IMG/VR virus record: IMGVR_UViG_638341087_000024
Length of the DNA: 36,227 nt
Reading direction: 5' to 3' (one strand)
Origin: a virus
Lineage: Duplodnaviria > Heunggongvirae > Uroviricota > Caudoviricetes
How positions within the stretch are numbered: the first letter of the stretch is position 1; every line of letters starts with the position of its first letter. The position numbers and the translations under genes were made by a program. This document shows positions 6,038 through 13,661 of the stretch, one piece after another. The notes below the pieces were generated by a model. That model saw only the letters and a list, made by a program, of their open reading frames with translations, was not told the origin of the DNA and made no database searches.

Positions 6038-8874
6038 GTGAGTTTGCATGGAGCTGGAATGAACCACGGCCAGCCATTGATCCAGCCAGATTTACGGAGC
6101 ACAGGCAGGAAACTGAAACCGACCTGCAACGCGCCATCCGTTACTACCTTGAGGCGGACAAAAGGGCACAGAAAGAACAGGAAGCGAAGGAAGAAGCCTT
6201 TTTCGCACAATCCGCCATGGGTAAAAAACTCATGGCATCCCTTGAGGAAGCCGGACAGCGTGAAAAGCTGGCACAGAGCATCATCAGTAAGCGCCGGGCA
6301 ACAGAACAAGACCCGGTAGCCCGTGCCTTTGCCACACTGAAGGCGCTTCCCGTTTATCTGCGAGAACCTCTGAGCCGCCACCTCTCTTTCCTGCGCAAGA
6401 AGCAGGAAGCCGATCGTCAGAAAGGCAAAAAGAGCTGGCAGGCGGAACGCTATGCACGCGGAACCCTGCGCAAAATATTCGAACGTCTGGAGCGCACCGA
6501 CAGCCGCTGGCTGACACCGGGTTATCGCTCCCTTGCCGGACGCGAACGCCTGGACGATTTGGTTTACCTGCCGCAGCTCAACAAACACCAGATACAGACG
6601 CTGGCCACCATGACGGCGGCGATGTTCAGCAGCACCTTCGAAAAACTCTGCGATGGCTTTGGCGCGACTGATGGCGAACTGACCATGGATGTAACGCTGA
6701 AGGCGTATCAGATGCTGGCCCGCATGGCGTTACACCTGCACGCCATGCCTCCACATTATGACGCACTGACAACAGACAAAGACCGGAGGAACGAACCGGA
6801 CACGGAGCTGCTGCCGGGCGCAATCCTTCGCCTGACCTGTGCGGAATGGTGGAAACGCAAACTGTGGCTGTTACGTTGCGAGTGGAGAGAAGAACAACTC
6901 CGCGCCGCCTGTCTGGTTTCCAGAAAAACATCACCCTATCTGAGCCAGGACGCGTTAAGCGAGTTTCGCGCACAGCGCGAGAAAACACGCGATTTCCTGA
7001 AAAGTTTCATGCTGGAAAATGAAGACGGGTTCACGATTGATCTCGAGACGGTGTATTACGCGGGAGTAAGTAACCCGGTTCACCGTAAGGCAGAAATGAT
7101 GGCCACCATGAAGGGACTGGAACTTCTGGCCGAAGCCCGTGGCGACAGAGCGGTGTTTCTGACTGTCACCTGCCCGTCAAAATACCACGCAACAACGGAG
7201 AACGGTCATCCGAACCCCAAATGGAACGGGGCCACCATGCGCGACTCCAGCGATTACCTGGTTAACACGTTTTTTGCGGCGGTCCGCAAAAAACTGAACC
7301 GCGACGGTCTGCGCTGGTATGGCATCCGCACGGTGGAGCCTCACCATGACGGCACTGTACACTGGCATATGATGGTCTTTGCACATCCGGACGAGATTGA
7401 AACCATCGTGTCCCACGTCTGCGATATTGCCATTCAGGAGGACCGCCACGAGCTGGGCGATGACATAACTCCGCGTTTTAAGGCGGAGTATGTCGACGGC
7501 TCAAAAGGCACACCAACCAGCTACATCGCCACCTACATCGGAAAGAACTTGGACAGCCGCGCCGTGGATGGCATCGACCCGAAAACGGGCAAGCCACGCG
7601 TTGACCACGAAACCGGAAAATCAATGGCCGAGAGCGTGGAACGCGCCATCGGCTGGGCGCGCCTTCACCGGGTCCGCCAGTTCCAGTTCTTTGGTATCCC
7701 CTCCCGTCAGGTGTGGCGTGAACTGCGCCGCCTTGCCAGCCAGATGGCACGCAACCCGGAAGGCCCGCAACGGCTGAAGGATAACGCAATGGATGCGGTA
7801 CTCGCTGCCGCTGATGCCGGATGTTTTGCCACCTACATAGAGAAACAGGGCGGCGTACTTGTTCCACGCAAGAACTACCTGATTCGCACCGCCTACGACC
7901 TTGCAGATGAGCTGAACGATTACGGCGAGCAGAGTGTACAGATTTACGGGATCTGGTCGCCGCTCATCGGGGAGTCTTCCCGTGTGTGCACACATCCGGA
8001 TAACTGGAAACTGGTAAGACGTAAACCTGAAGCAGAAGACAGCGCCCGCGAAAATGGTTTTGACCTTCAGGGCGGCCCTGCCGCCCCTTGGACTCGTGGC
8101 AATAACTGTCCCCGTGTACAGGAAACAGACAACAACGGGACAGAACAGCCGGAAGAACGGCCAGCACCGTGGCCGCAGCTTCCTGACGGCATTGAAGTGA
8201 ATGAATGGATGCACTCACTGAAACGGCACGAACGCCGGGCGCTGATGCGTTCGCTGCGTGACAAACAGGCCAAAAACAGCAGCGATGAAATGCAGAACTG
8301 GACGCAGAGCCGCAAACAGCCGCGGCCTTTGCCTGATAACCACGAGTTACTCGCTAAAGAATGGCGGGAGTCTGCTGAATCTCTCGGCCTGCATATCGGT
8401 GAACAGCAGATGCTGCACCTGTTACGGGGTGGCAGTCTGTACGTTGACGGCAGCATCATTGCACCGCAGGGATTTGAAATTGTACGCAAACCGGATACCC
8501 GCCCGGACAGCCGAATCACGCAGCTCTGGCAACGCCTGAGCCGTAATCACGGCGTAAGCAGCACGGAGATCCGCCATAACCCGGTCGCCAGCTATCTGGA
8601 ACAGCTGGGGGCATCAGACCCTGAAGCCGCCGCACGCCTGGCATCCACACTTCAGCAAGACCAGAACACCATGAAAACACCCGTTACCGTGCTTTCTGAC
8701 ATGCTGCGCGCCATCCGCGACGCAGAGCACGCACAGAGAATCAGTGAAACCACTGAACGCGCCCGCCGCAAAGCATACCTGCTGCGGGGTGGCCTGACCA
8801 GTGGAAACAAAAAACAGACAGAAACGGGATTCACAAATCCCGTAAATGAGCAAAAAACGCGCCGCGATATATGA
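6034..8874 (+). CDS. A: Rolling-circle replication initiation endonuclease, P2 gpA family
   Basis: HUH-type motif (TVHWHMMVFAHP) and tandem-tyrosine motif (YIATYIGKN) typical of P2 A / phiX174 A-type initiators. Start taken at ATG 6034 (MSEFAWSW...). At about 946 aa it is longer than P2 gpA as recalled. Confidence 0.85.
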   Translation: MSEFAWSWNEPRPAIDPARFTEHRQETETDLQRAIRYYLEADKRAQKEQEAKEEAFFAQSAMGKKLMASLEEAGQREKLAQSIISKRRATEQDPVARAFATLKALPVYLREPLSRHLSFLRKKQEADRQKGKKSWQAERYARGTLRKIFERLERTDSRWLTPGYRSLAGRERLDDLVYLPQLNKHQIQTLATMTAAMFSSTFEKLCDGFGATDGELTMDVTLKAYQMLARMALHLHAMPPHYDALTTDKDRRNEPDTELLPGAILRLTCAEWWKRKLWLLRCEWREEQLRAACLVSRKTSPYLSQDALSEFRAQREKTRDFLKSFMLENEDGFTIDLETVYYAGVSNPVHRKAEMMATMKGLELLAEARGDRAVFLTVTCPSKYHATTENGHPNPKWNGATMRDSSDYLVNTFFAAVRKKLNRDGLRWYGIRTVEPHHDGTVHWHMMVFAHPDEIETIVSHVCDIAIQEDRHELGDDITPRFKAEYVDGSKGTPTSYIATYIGKNLDSRAVDGIDPKTGKPRVDHETGKSMAESVERAIGWARLHRVRQFQFFGIPSRQVWRELRRLASQMARNPEGPQRLKDNAMDAVLAAADAGCFATYIEKQGGVLVPRKNYLIRTAYDLADELNDYGEQSVQIYGIWSPLIGESSRVCTHPDNWKLVRRKPEAEDSARENGFDLQGGPAAPWTRGNNCPRVQETDNNGTEQPEERPAPWPQLPDGIEVNEWMHSLKRHERRALMRSLRDKQAKNSSDEMQNWTQSRKQPRPLPDNHELLAKEWRESAESLGLHIGEQQMLHLLRGGSLYVDGSIIAPQGFEIVRKPDTRPDSRITQLWQRLSRNHGVSSTEIRHNPVASYLEQLGASDPEAAARLASTLQQDQNTMKTPVTVLSDMLRAIRDAEHAQRISETTERARRKAYLLRGGLTSGNKKQTETGFTNPVNEQKTRRDI

Positions 8875-8919
8875 AGCGCGCACAAAACAGGCAAAAACGG
8901 GATTTCAGAATCCCGTAAA
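8822..8919. promoter_or_regulatory. Two 25-bp palindromic boxes flanking an AT-rich core: candidate parC-like centromere/operator (alternatively a replication-related site)
   Basis: AAACGGGATT-CACA-AATCCCGTAAA (8822-8846) and AAACGGGATT-TCAG-AATCCCGTAAA (8895-8919), 73 bp apart, flanking a core containing ATATAT, immediately upstream of parM. Box 1 lies inside the 3' end of A. Confidence 0.5.
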
Positions 8920-8950
8920 CGATTAATTAATCAACATAAGGAAAAGCGAC

Positions 8951-9910
8951 ATGAAAATTTGTATCGACGACGGCTCCACCAACATCAAGCTGGCATGGAC
9001 TGAGAACGGCGAACGCCGCAACGCCATCAGCCCGAACAGCTTCAAGTCGGAATGGTCTGCGCCGTTCGGTGGCACGCAGCCCGCGAACTACATGCTTGAT
9101 GGCGTGCGCTATGGTTTTGATCCGGTCAGCGATCGCTTTGTCCAGACGACCGACACGCAATACCAGTACAGTGATGTGAATGTCATTGCCATTCATCACG
9201 CACTGGTCAAATCAGGCATCACGCCACAGGAGGTGGATGTGGTTGTCACCCTGCCACTGAGCGAGTATTTCGACACAAACGCACAGCCGGACATGGCCAA
9301 CATCAACCGCAAAAAAGCGAACGTCATGCGCCCGGTGGAGTACCAGAACGGCGAAGCATTCACTATCCGTAACGTACGGGTTATGCCTGAATCCATTCCG
9401 GCTGGCTTTAAGGCACTGGCTGACATGAGTCCGTTTGAATCCCTGCTGATTGTGGATTTGGGCGGAACCACGCTGGATGTGGCAAAGGTTCAGGGGCAAC
9501 TGGCAGGTATCAGCCAGGTGTTTTGCGATCCACACGTAGGCGTTTCTCTGATGGCCGATGCCGTACTGTCGGTGATGGCCACTAACGGTATGCGCACCAG
9601 TCACCACATCGCCAATACCATTATCGAACATCGCCATGATGAAGCCTGGCTGCGCCAGCACATCCACAATGACGCGCATTACGACAGCCTGATGGCGGTT
9701 ATTCGTGAAAAGGAAGAAACACTGAAACAACGAGTGATCCGCGCGCTGGCGGGTTTTTCGGGTTACGGGCGGGTGATGGTTGTCGGTGGAGGGGCGGAGA
9801 TTGTGGCACCCGCTATCCGCGAAGCCTGCGGAGTTAATGCGACTTTCATCGCGGACGGGGTGCCACAGTTTGCTCTGGTCAATGGTTTGTACGCAATGGA
9901 CAAGGAGTAA
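8951..9910 (+). CDS. parM: ParM/StbA actin-like segregation ATPase (type II partition)
   Basis: N-terminus MKICIDDGSTNIKLAW... and internal motifs (YSDVNVIAIHHAL, VMPESIPAGF, LIVDLGGTTLDV, VMVVGGGAE, LVNGLYAM) closely track plasmid R1 ParM. Confidence 0.9.
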   Translation: MKICIDDGSTNIKLAWTENGERRNAISPNSFKSEWSAPFGGTQPANYMLDGVRYGFDPVSDRFVQTTDTQYQYSDVNVIAIHHALVKSGITPQEVDVVVTLPLSEYFDTNAQPDMANINRKKANVMRPVEYQNGEAFTIRNVRVMPESIPAGFKALADMSPFESLLIVDLGGTTLDVAKVQGQLAGISQVFCDPHVGVSLMADAVLSVMATNGMRTSHHIANTIIEHRHDEAWLRQHIHNDAHYDSLMAVIREKEETLKQRVIRALAGFSGYGRVMVVGGGAEIVAPAIREACGVNATFIADGVPQFALVNGLYAMDKE

Positions 9911-9914
9911 ACCA

Positions 9915-10226
9915 ATGACGACACCAACCAGACGGATAAGTTTCTATCTGAAGCCCGCCGCCGTCAAGAACGAAGGCGAAGCATGCGCCTGGCTGGACAG
10001 CCTTACACCAGAAGCCCGCAAAAGCGGCCAACGCGTGGCTTTTCTGGCCGGGCTGGCACTTCTGAAAATGAATCCGGCAGAGGCTTACCGACTGGCTGCA
10101 TGGGCTGACGATGAAGCGTTATCAGTGACACAAACCAGGGCAGAACGCCACATGTTACAGACAGCCCCCACCGCACAGATAACCAGTCAGATGGCCGGAA
10201 ATATCCGGGCGTTATTTCCCGATTAG
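9915..10226 (+). CDS. parR: ParR-like centromere-binding adaptor (ribbon-helix-helix)
   Basis: 103 aa from ATG 9915; RRISFYLKP...LDSL...AFLAGLALL and C-terminal NIRALFP parallel R1 ParR; directly follows parM. Confidence 0.75.
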   Translation: MTTPTRRISFYLKPAAVKNEGEACAWLDSLTPEARKSGQRVAFLAGLALLKMNPAEAYRLAAWADDEALSVTQTRAERHMLQTAPTAQITSQMAGNIRALFPD

Positions 10227-10295
10227 AACTTTGCACGGGAGGTTTCCAGTTCTGAAAACAATCAACAAATAAGGAGTCGAACGTCAAAGATATAA

Positions 10296-10325
10296 GGCCG
10301 CCTAGCTGGCGGTCTTGTGTCTTAA
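10296..10325 (+). terminator. Candidate intrinsic terminator after parMR
   Basis: GGCCGCC-TAGCT-GGCGGTC hairpin (one G-U pair) followed by T-rich TCTTGTGTCTT. Confidence 0.45.
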
Positions 10326-10356
10326 AATATGTTTATCTTAATGAGGACTATTATTT

Positions 10357-10875
10357 TTATAAAAAATAATCATCATGAGAGGAAACATGAAAATTATAAT
10401 CTCTCAATTGGGGGATAATCCCTCTACTCCAAAGCAACGTTTTATTTAGTCCAAGTCCATCTAATTTCATCATCCTGTTGCGCAGCGCAATGAATTCATT
10501 CTTGAAGTTATCTGCAGAGATGATCTTTGGGCAAAAACAAGAATACAACTTTCTATTACTTACACCACAAGCATTGGCAAGCTCATCCTCAAAATTGCTT
10601 GTTTGTTGAAATAGGTGGATTGTGTGTTTTTTCGCCTTTAATAGATTGAGATTATTCTTAAATCTATCAAGATTCTCAATCCTATCCGTATCAAAAACCA
10701 CTATGATTTCGCTATTTTCGGTTAATGCTGGCATGTATTTATTTATATTAACATTCCATAAATTAGCAATTACTATTTTCTTAATAGGATAGCCTAGCAA
10801 TGTTTTGAAATCCTGAAACAATGCTTTTTCCGTATCTCCCTCAACAAGAATAATAGCAAATTTCTTAACTGCCAT
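10357..10875 (-). CDS. Small TOPRIM-like putative nuclease (OLD / DUF4276 / DUF4435-like), distal gene of a two-gene cassette
   Basis: 172 aa from ATG 10873-10875 (the track's TTG-initiated ORF extends to 10881). N-terminal strand with conserved acidic residue (FAIILVEGDTEKALF) and a downstream DxD (IIVVFDTDRIE) match the TOPRIM core signature. Markedly AT-rich; starts 2 nt after the ATPase stop. Confidence 0.6.
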   Translation of the reverse strand: MAVKKFAIILVEGDTEKALFQDFKTLLGYPIKKIVIANLWNVNINKYMPALTENSEIIVVFDTDRIENLDRFKNNLNLLKAKKHTIHLFQQTSNFEDELANACGVSNRKLYSCFCPKIISADNFKNEFIALRNRMMKLDGLGLNKTLLWSRGIIPQLRDYNFHVSSHDDYFL

Positions 10876-10877
10876 AA

Positions 10878-12077
10878 TCAATCCTCAAATAGCATCTCTT
10901 CGATTAATGAAACGTCAGGTATTGTTGCAAAACAGTCATTTTTTACTTTATTTAAAAGATTGCGATCATTCTTTTTATGATGTGTGGTAGCTTCAACAAA
11001 AGTGGTTACACCATCTACTTTTTTAGTAAAAGTATATGAATGCGTAGGCAGATCTAAGCTCAAGATATCATAATTATGTGTGGTGTATATAAATTGACCA
11101 TATCTGCAAAGCTTAGATATAATCAGCGTGACCATCATTTTTTCTAATTCAGTATGAGTGAAGGCCATTTTCTCATCCAAAAAGTACACCCCACTGCAAG
11201 GGAAATTGAACTCTCGCTCTTCTATTTTATCTTCAAGCACTCCTGACAGGAGATGGGATATTTTTACTGCCTCATAAGTACCACGAGACAGTCTATCTTT
11301 ATTTGTTATATCACCTTCCATATCAATAATAACTCTATCTCCATTATTGAAGACTACTGAATAACCCTGCAAATCCTCCTTTCCCTCATCATCTTTAAGA
11401 GTGAGTCCTGAGACAGATTTAACAGTATTGTCAAAGGTTTTTAATATGCTATTAAGCACATTCTTCTTAATTCGTGATATTTTATCCGTGTTCTCTTGGT
11501 TTTCAGATAGAATGAAATGCCAACCAAGAACAAAGTCCAAACCCTCTAAATATTGGGAAAATTCTTTTGAGTTAGCGTTTTCGGTTGAAAAAAATCTATT
11601 TTGACCATTTAATTCAAACTTTTGCGCATCCCACACAGCATCCAGTCTTTTGGTCGTCTTTGCGCATGATTCCGAGCTTCTTAAATCAACAGATGCCATT
11701 GCAATTTTTTCTACAACAACAGACTCATCCATAGCCCTAAGCCAGACACCTGCCCTAAACAAACATTTTAAATGACTCTGGAAAAAGTCAACCTCTATAT
11801 ATGCAGGTTTTCTTTTGTCAGTAATTTTTAACGGTTCTGGATTGAAAACACCACTACTGAGAAAACGCAACACAGAAAGCATCACGCGACCAAGAGATGT
11901 TTTACCAGATGCATTAGCACCAGAAACGATGCAAACCTTTTTGAAGTAGAACTTTTCAAATCCATCAATGTACTCACCTTCCAGTGAGCTGTTGATCGGG
12001 GGTCTGGAGAAGCTTAAGTCAAGGATGCTATTTTCAAAGCAAAACAGATTATCGATTCTGATTTTTGTAAAAGCCAT
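10878..12077 (-). CDS. ABC-type ATPase (AAA_15/AAA_21-like, SMC/OLD-family fold), proximal gene of a two-gene cassette
   Basis: Walker A GANASGKTS (nt about 11895-11921), signature-like LSRGTYEAV, Walker B VYFLDE, H-loop IYTTHNYD. Shine-Dalgarno AAGGTGG 7 nt upstream of ATG 12075-12077. AT-rich relative to flanking phage genes. Confidence 0.8.
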   Translation of the reverse strand: MAFTKIRIDNLFCFENSILDLSFSRPPINSSLEGEYIDGFEKFYFKKVCIVSGANASGKTSLGRVMLSVLRFLSSGVFNPEPLKITDKRKPAYIEVDFFQSHLKCLFRAGVWLRAMDESVVVEKIAMASVDLRSSESCAKTTKRLDAVWDAQKFELNGQNRFFSTENANSKEFSQYLEGLDFVLGWHFILSENQENTDKISRIKKNVLNSILKTFDNTVKSVSGLTLKDDEGKEDLQGYSVVFNNGDRVIIDMEGDITNKDRLSRGTYEAVKISHLLSGVLEDKIEEREFNFPCSGVYFLDEKMAFTHTELEKMMVTLIISKLCRYGQFIYTTHNYDILSLDLPTHSYTFTKKVDGVTTFVEATTHHKKNDRNLLNKVKNDCFATIPDVSLIEEMLFED

Positions 12078-12163
12078 TTTGTTCCACCTTTTGGAAGTAA
12101 ATATTGCTACCTGTTGAGTTTACATGTAATGAGCTGGTAAGCAATACAGGGATTCGATTTAGC

Positions 12164-12189
12164 GCACAATAGTGCACAAATTTGCACAA
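12164..12189. promoter_or_regulatory. Three helically phased GCACAA hexamers upstream of the ATPase gene
   Basis: GCACAA at 12164, 12174 and 12184 (exact 10-bp periodicity) within GCGCACAATAGTGCACAAATTTGCACAA, about 90-110 bp upstream of the cassette start codon. Candidate regulator site. Confidence 0.35.
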
Positions 12190-12259
12190 TTTTTTTGAAC
12201 GAATTTTTGCCCTTCTGGCCCGCGTGGCGGCTGGATCCGTCAGGGATCCGTGCGTGCAC

Positions 12260-12284
12260 AAAAAAACGCGCTTTTTCTGCGCGC
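12260..12284 (-). terminator. Intrinsic terminator insulating the ATPase/TOPRIM cassette from leftward read-through
   Basis: Read on the minus strand: GCGCGC-AGAAAAA-GCGCG hairpin followed by T7; located between the portal gene end and the cassette promoter region. Confidence 0.5.
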
Positions 12285-12445
12285 AGGTGACGGGGGAACA
12301 GCCCGCGTTTCAGGGGGTAAATAGCATTCCCTGAACGATGTCGCAGAGACACAACAGAATGGCTGTATTTCTCACGCTGAGCATGAAAAATACGTGAGGG
12401 ATTCTGATTTGATGGGGTGAAAGGTAAGGCCGTCAAAATCGCACT

Positions 12446-12464
12446 GAGGCGGCGAAGAACATGC
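12446..12464. other. Candidate cos-like site (tentative)
   Basis: GAGGCGGCGAAGAACATGC loosely resembles the P2/186 19-nt cohesive end (GGCGAGGCGGGGAAAGCAC as recalled) and lies where cos is expected, between the accessory locus and Q. The match is imperfect. Confidence 0.2.
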
Positions 12465-12561
12465 AGTCAACGCGGTGGGATTGCGTAAGAGTCTGACCGC
12501 CGATGATGGCAATAAGCAGAAAAGCGTCGTGAAATTATCTGATTGATACAGGAGCTGGAGA

Positions 12562-12590
12562 GCCGGGGCATAAATTTTTTATGCCCCGGC
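12562..12590. repeat. Perfect 13-bp inverted repeat hairpin downstream of the portal gene
   Basis: GCCGGGGCATAAA-TTT-TTTATGCCCCGGC; no flanking U-tract, so not a classical intrinsic terminator. Possible RNA stability element or packaging-region structure. Confidence 0.5.
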
Positions 12591-12614
12591 GAAGCAGCAG
12601 ACAAGCGAAGCGCG

Positions 12615-13661
12615 TCAGGATGTGGGCTGGGTATCTAACAGTGCGTAAGGGTTAAAGCGGATCACCTCTTCGCCAAGCCAGTCATTGATGTGCTTCATGG
12701 CCTCCATGACGGGCATCAGCTCGTTAATTGCGTAAACCCGCGCGGCCTTCTCCACATCACCAAACGCACTTTTTTCACCCGGCATCGCCCCCATCAGTTG
12801 CGGCGGAACGCGGTGCGCAGCCAGCACATCATCACGGGATGCCGCCTTAACATTCATGAACTCATCCTTTGCGGTGATCTGCTGGAACGGCAAAATTTGC
12901 ACCCCCTCTTTACCCCCGTTGGGCGCATGAATGAGCACGTTTTTAAACGCACCGCCACCACGTGCACCCTGTAGCGTTTCTTTCAGGGAGTCCATGCTTT
13001 CGCGGTTTACCTGCGCTGCACCGATGTAGATGATGCACCCGGCGTGGGATCCGTTGTCGTAATACAGTTTTCTGAACATGTCCGCCGAATGAGACAGGCT
13101 GGCCGAGAGTAATGCGCCGAGATATTCCGGCATGCCGTAGATTTCCTGGTTAATGTCAGGATTCATCAGGTGGCACACTTTGCCAGGGCGAAACTGGAAC
13201 GCATCCTTGCCATCCTGCACATACCACCATGATTCAAGATCGCTACCGCGTCGCATGTATTTCGCCAGGGCGTGCCGTAATTTAAGCGGTTCGCCGAGCA
13301 TATTGCTTCGAAGCTCAAGGAATGCGTTACCGAACACAAACCAGTCCAGCGCCAGCGCCGAGAAATCCTGCCGGGAAAGCAGCGGGTGCGGGATGTAGCA
13401 ACCGAGTAATACATTGCGCTTAAAGTAAAGCGCAGACTGATGCCAGGACGTTTGCCGGGCAGCTCTTGCCAGACCGTACCAGTCCACCGGGGTTTCATAC
13501 CACCGCCCGTTATCAGCACAGTACATATTGTCCAGCAGGTCATGCCCGGTCAGGCGATAAGGACCATCAAATGTGAATGCACTGAGCGACGATTCTTTCC
13601 TGAGCGCATCAGCGAGATCAATGCGTGAACTCATGCGCACTTTTTTATTTTTTCTGCTCAT
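12615..13661 (-). CDS. Q: Portal protein (P2 gpQ)
   Basis: 348 aa; extensive colinearity with P2 Q (FTFDGP..., NGRWYE, VFGNAFLE, NPDINQEIYGMPEYLGAL, HRVPPQLMG, EVIRF). Confidence 0.92.
   Translation of the reverse strand: MSRKNKKVRMSSRIDLADALRKESSLSAFTFDGPYRLTGHDLLDNMYCADNGRWYETPVDWYGLARAARQTSWHQSALYFKRNVLLGCYIPHPLLSRQDFSALALDWFVFGNAFLELRSNMLGEPLKLRHALAKYMRRGSDLESWWYVQDGKDAFQFRPGKVCHLMNPDINQEIYGMPEYLGALLSASLSHSADMFRKLYYDNGSHAGCIIYIGAAQVNRESMDSLKETLQGARGGGAFKNVLIHAPNGGKEGVQILPFQQITAKDEFMNVKAASRDDVLAAHRVPPQLMGAMPGEKSAFGDVEKAARVYAINELMPVMEAMKHINDWLGEEVIRFNPYALLDTQPTS

Noticed and set aside
5887-6588. 233-aa minus-strand ORF
   Set aside because: Antisense to the 5' end of replication gene A and to the upstream hypothetical gene; Cys/Phe-rich translation typical of a shadow frame.
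7621-8214. 197-aa minus-strand ORF (and neighbouring 129/150-aa antisense ORFs)
   Set aside because: Lie entirely inside the A coding region on the opposite strand; A is supported by catalytic motifs, these are not.
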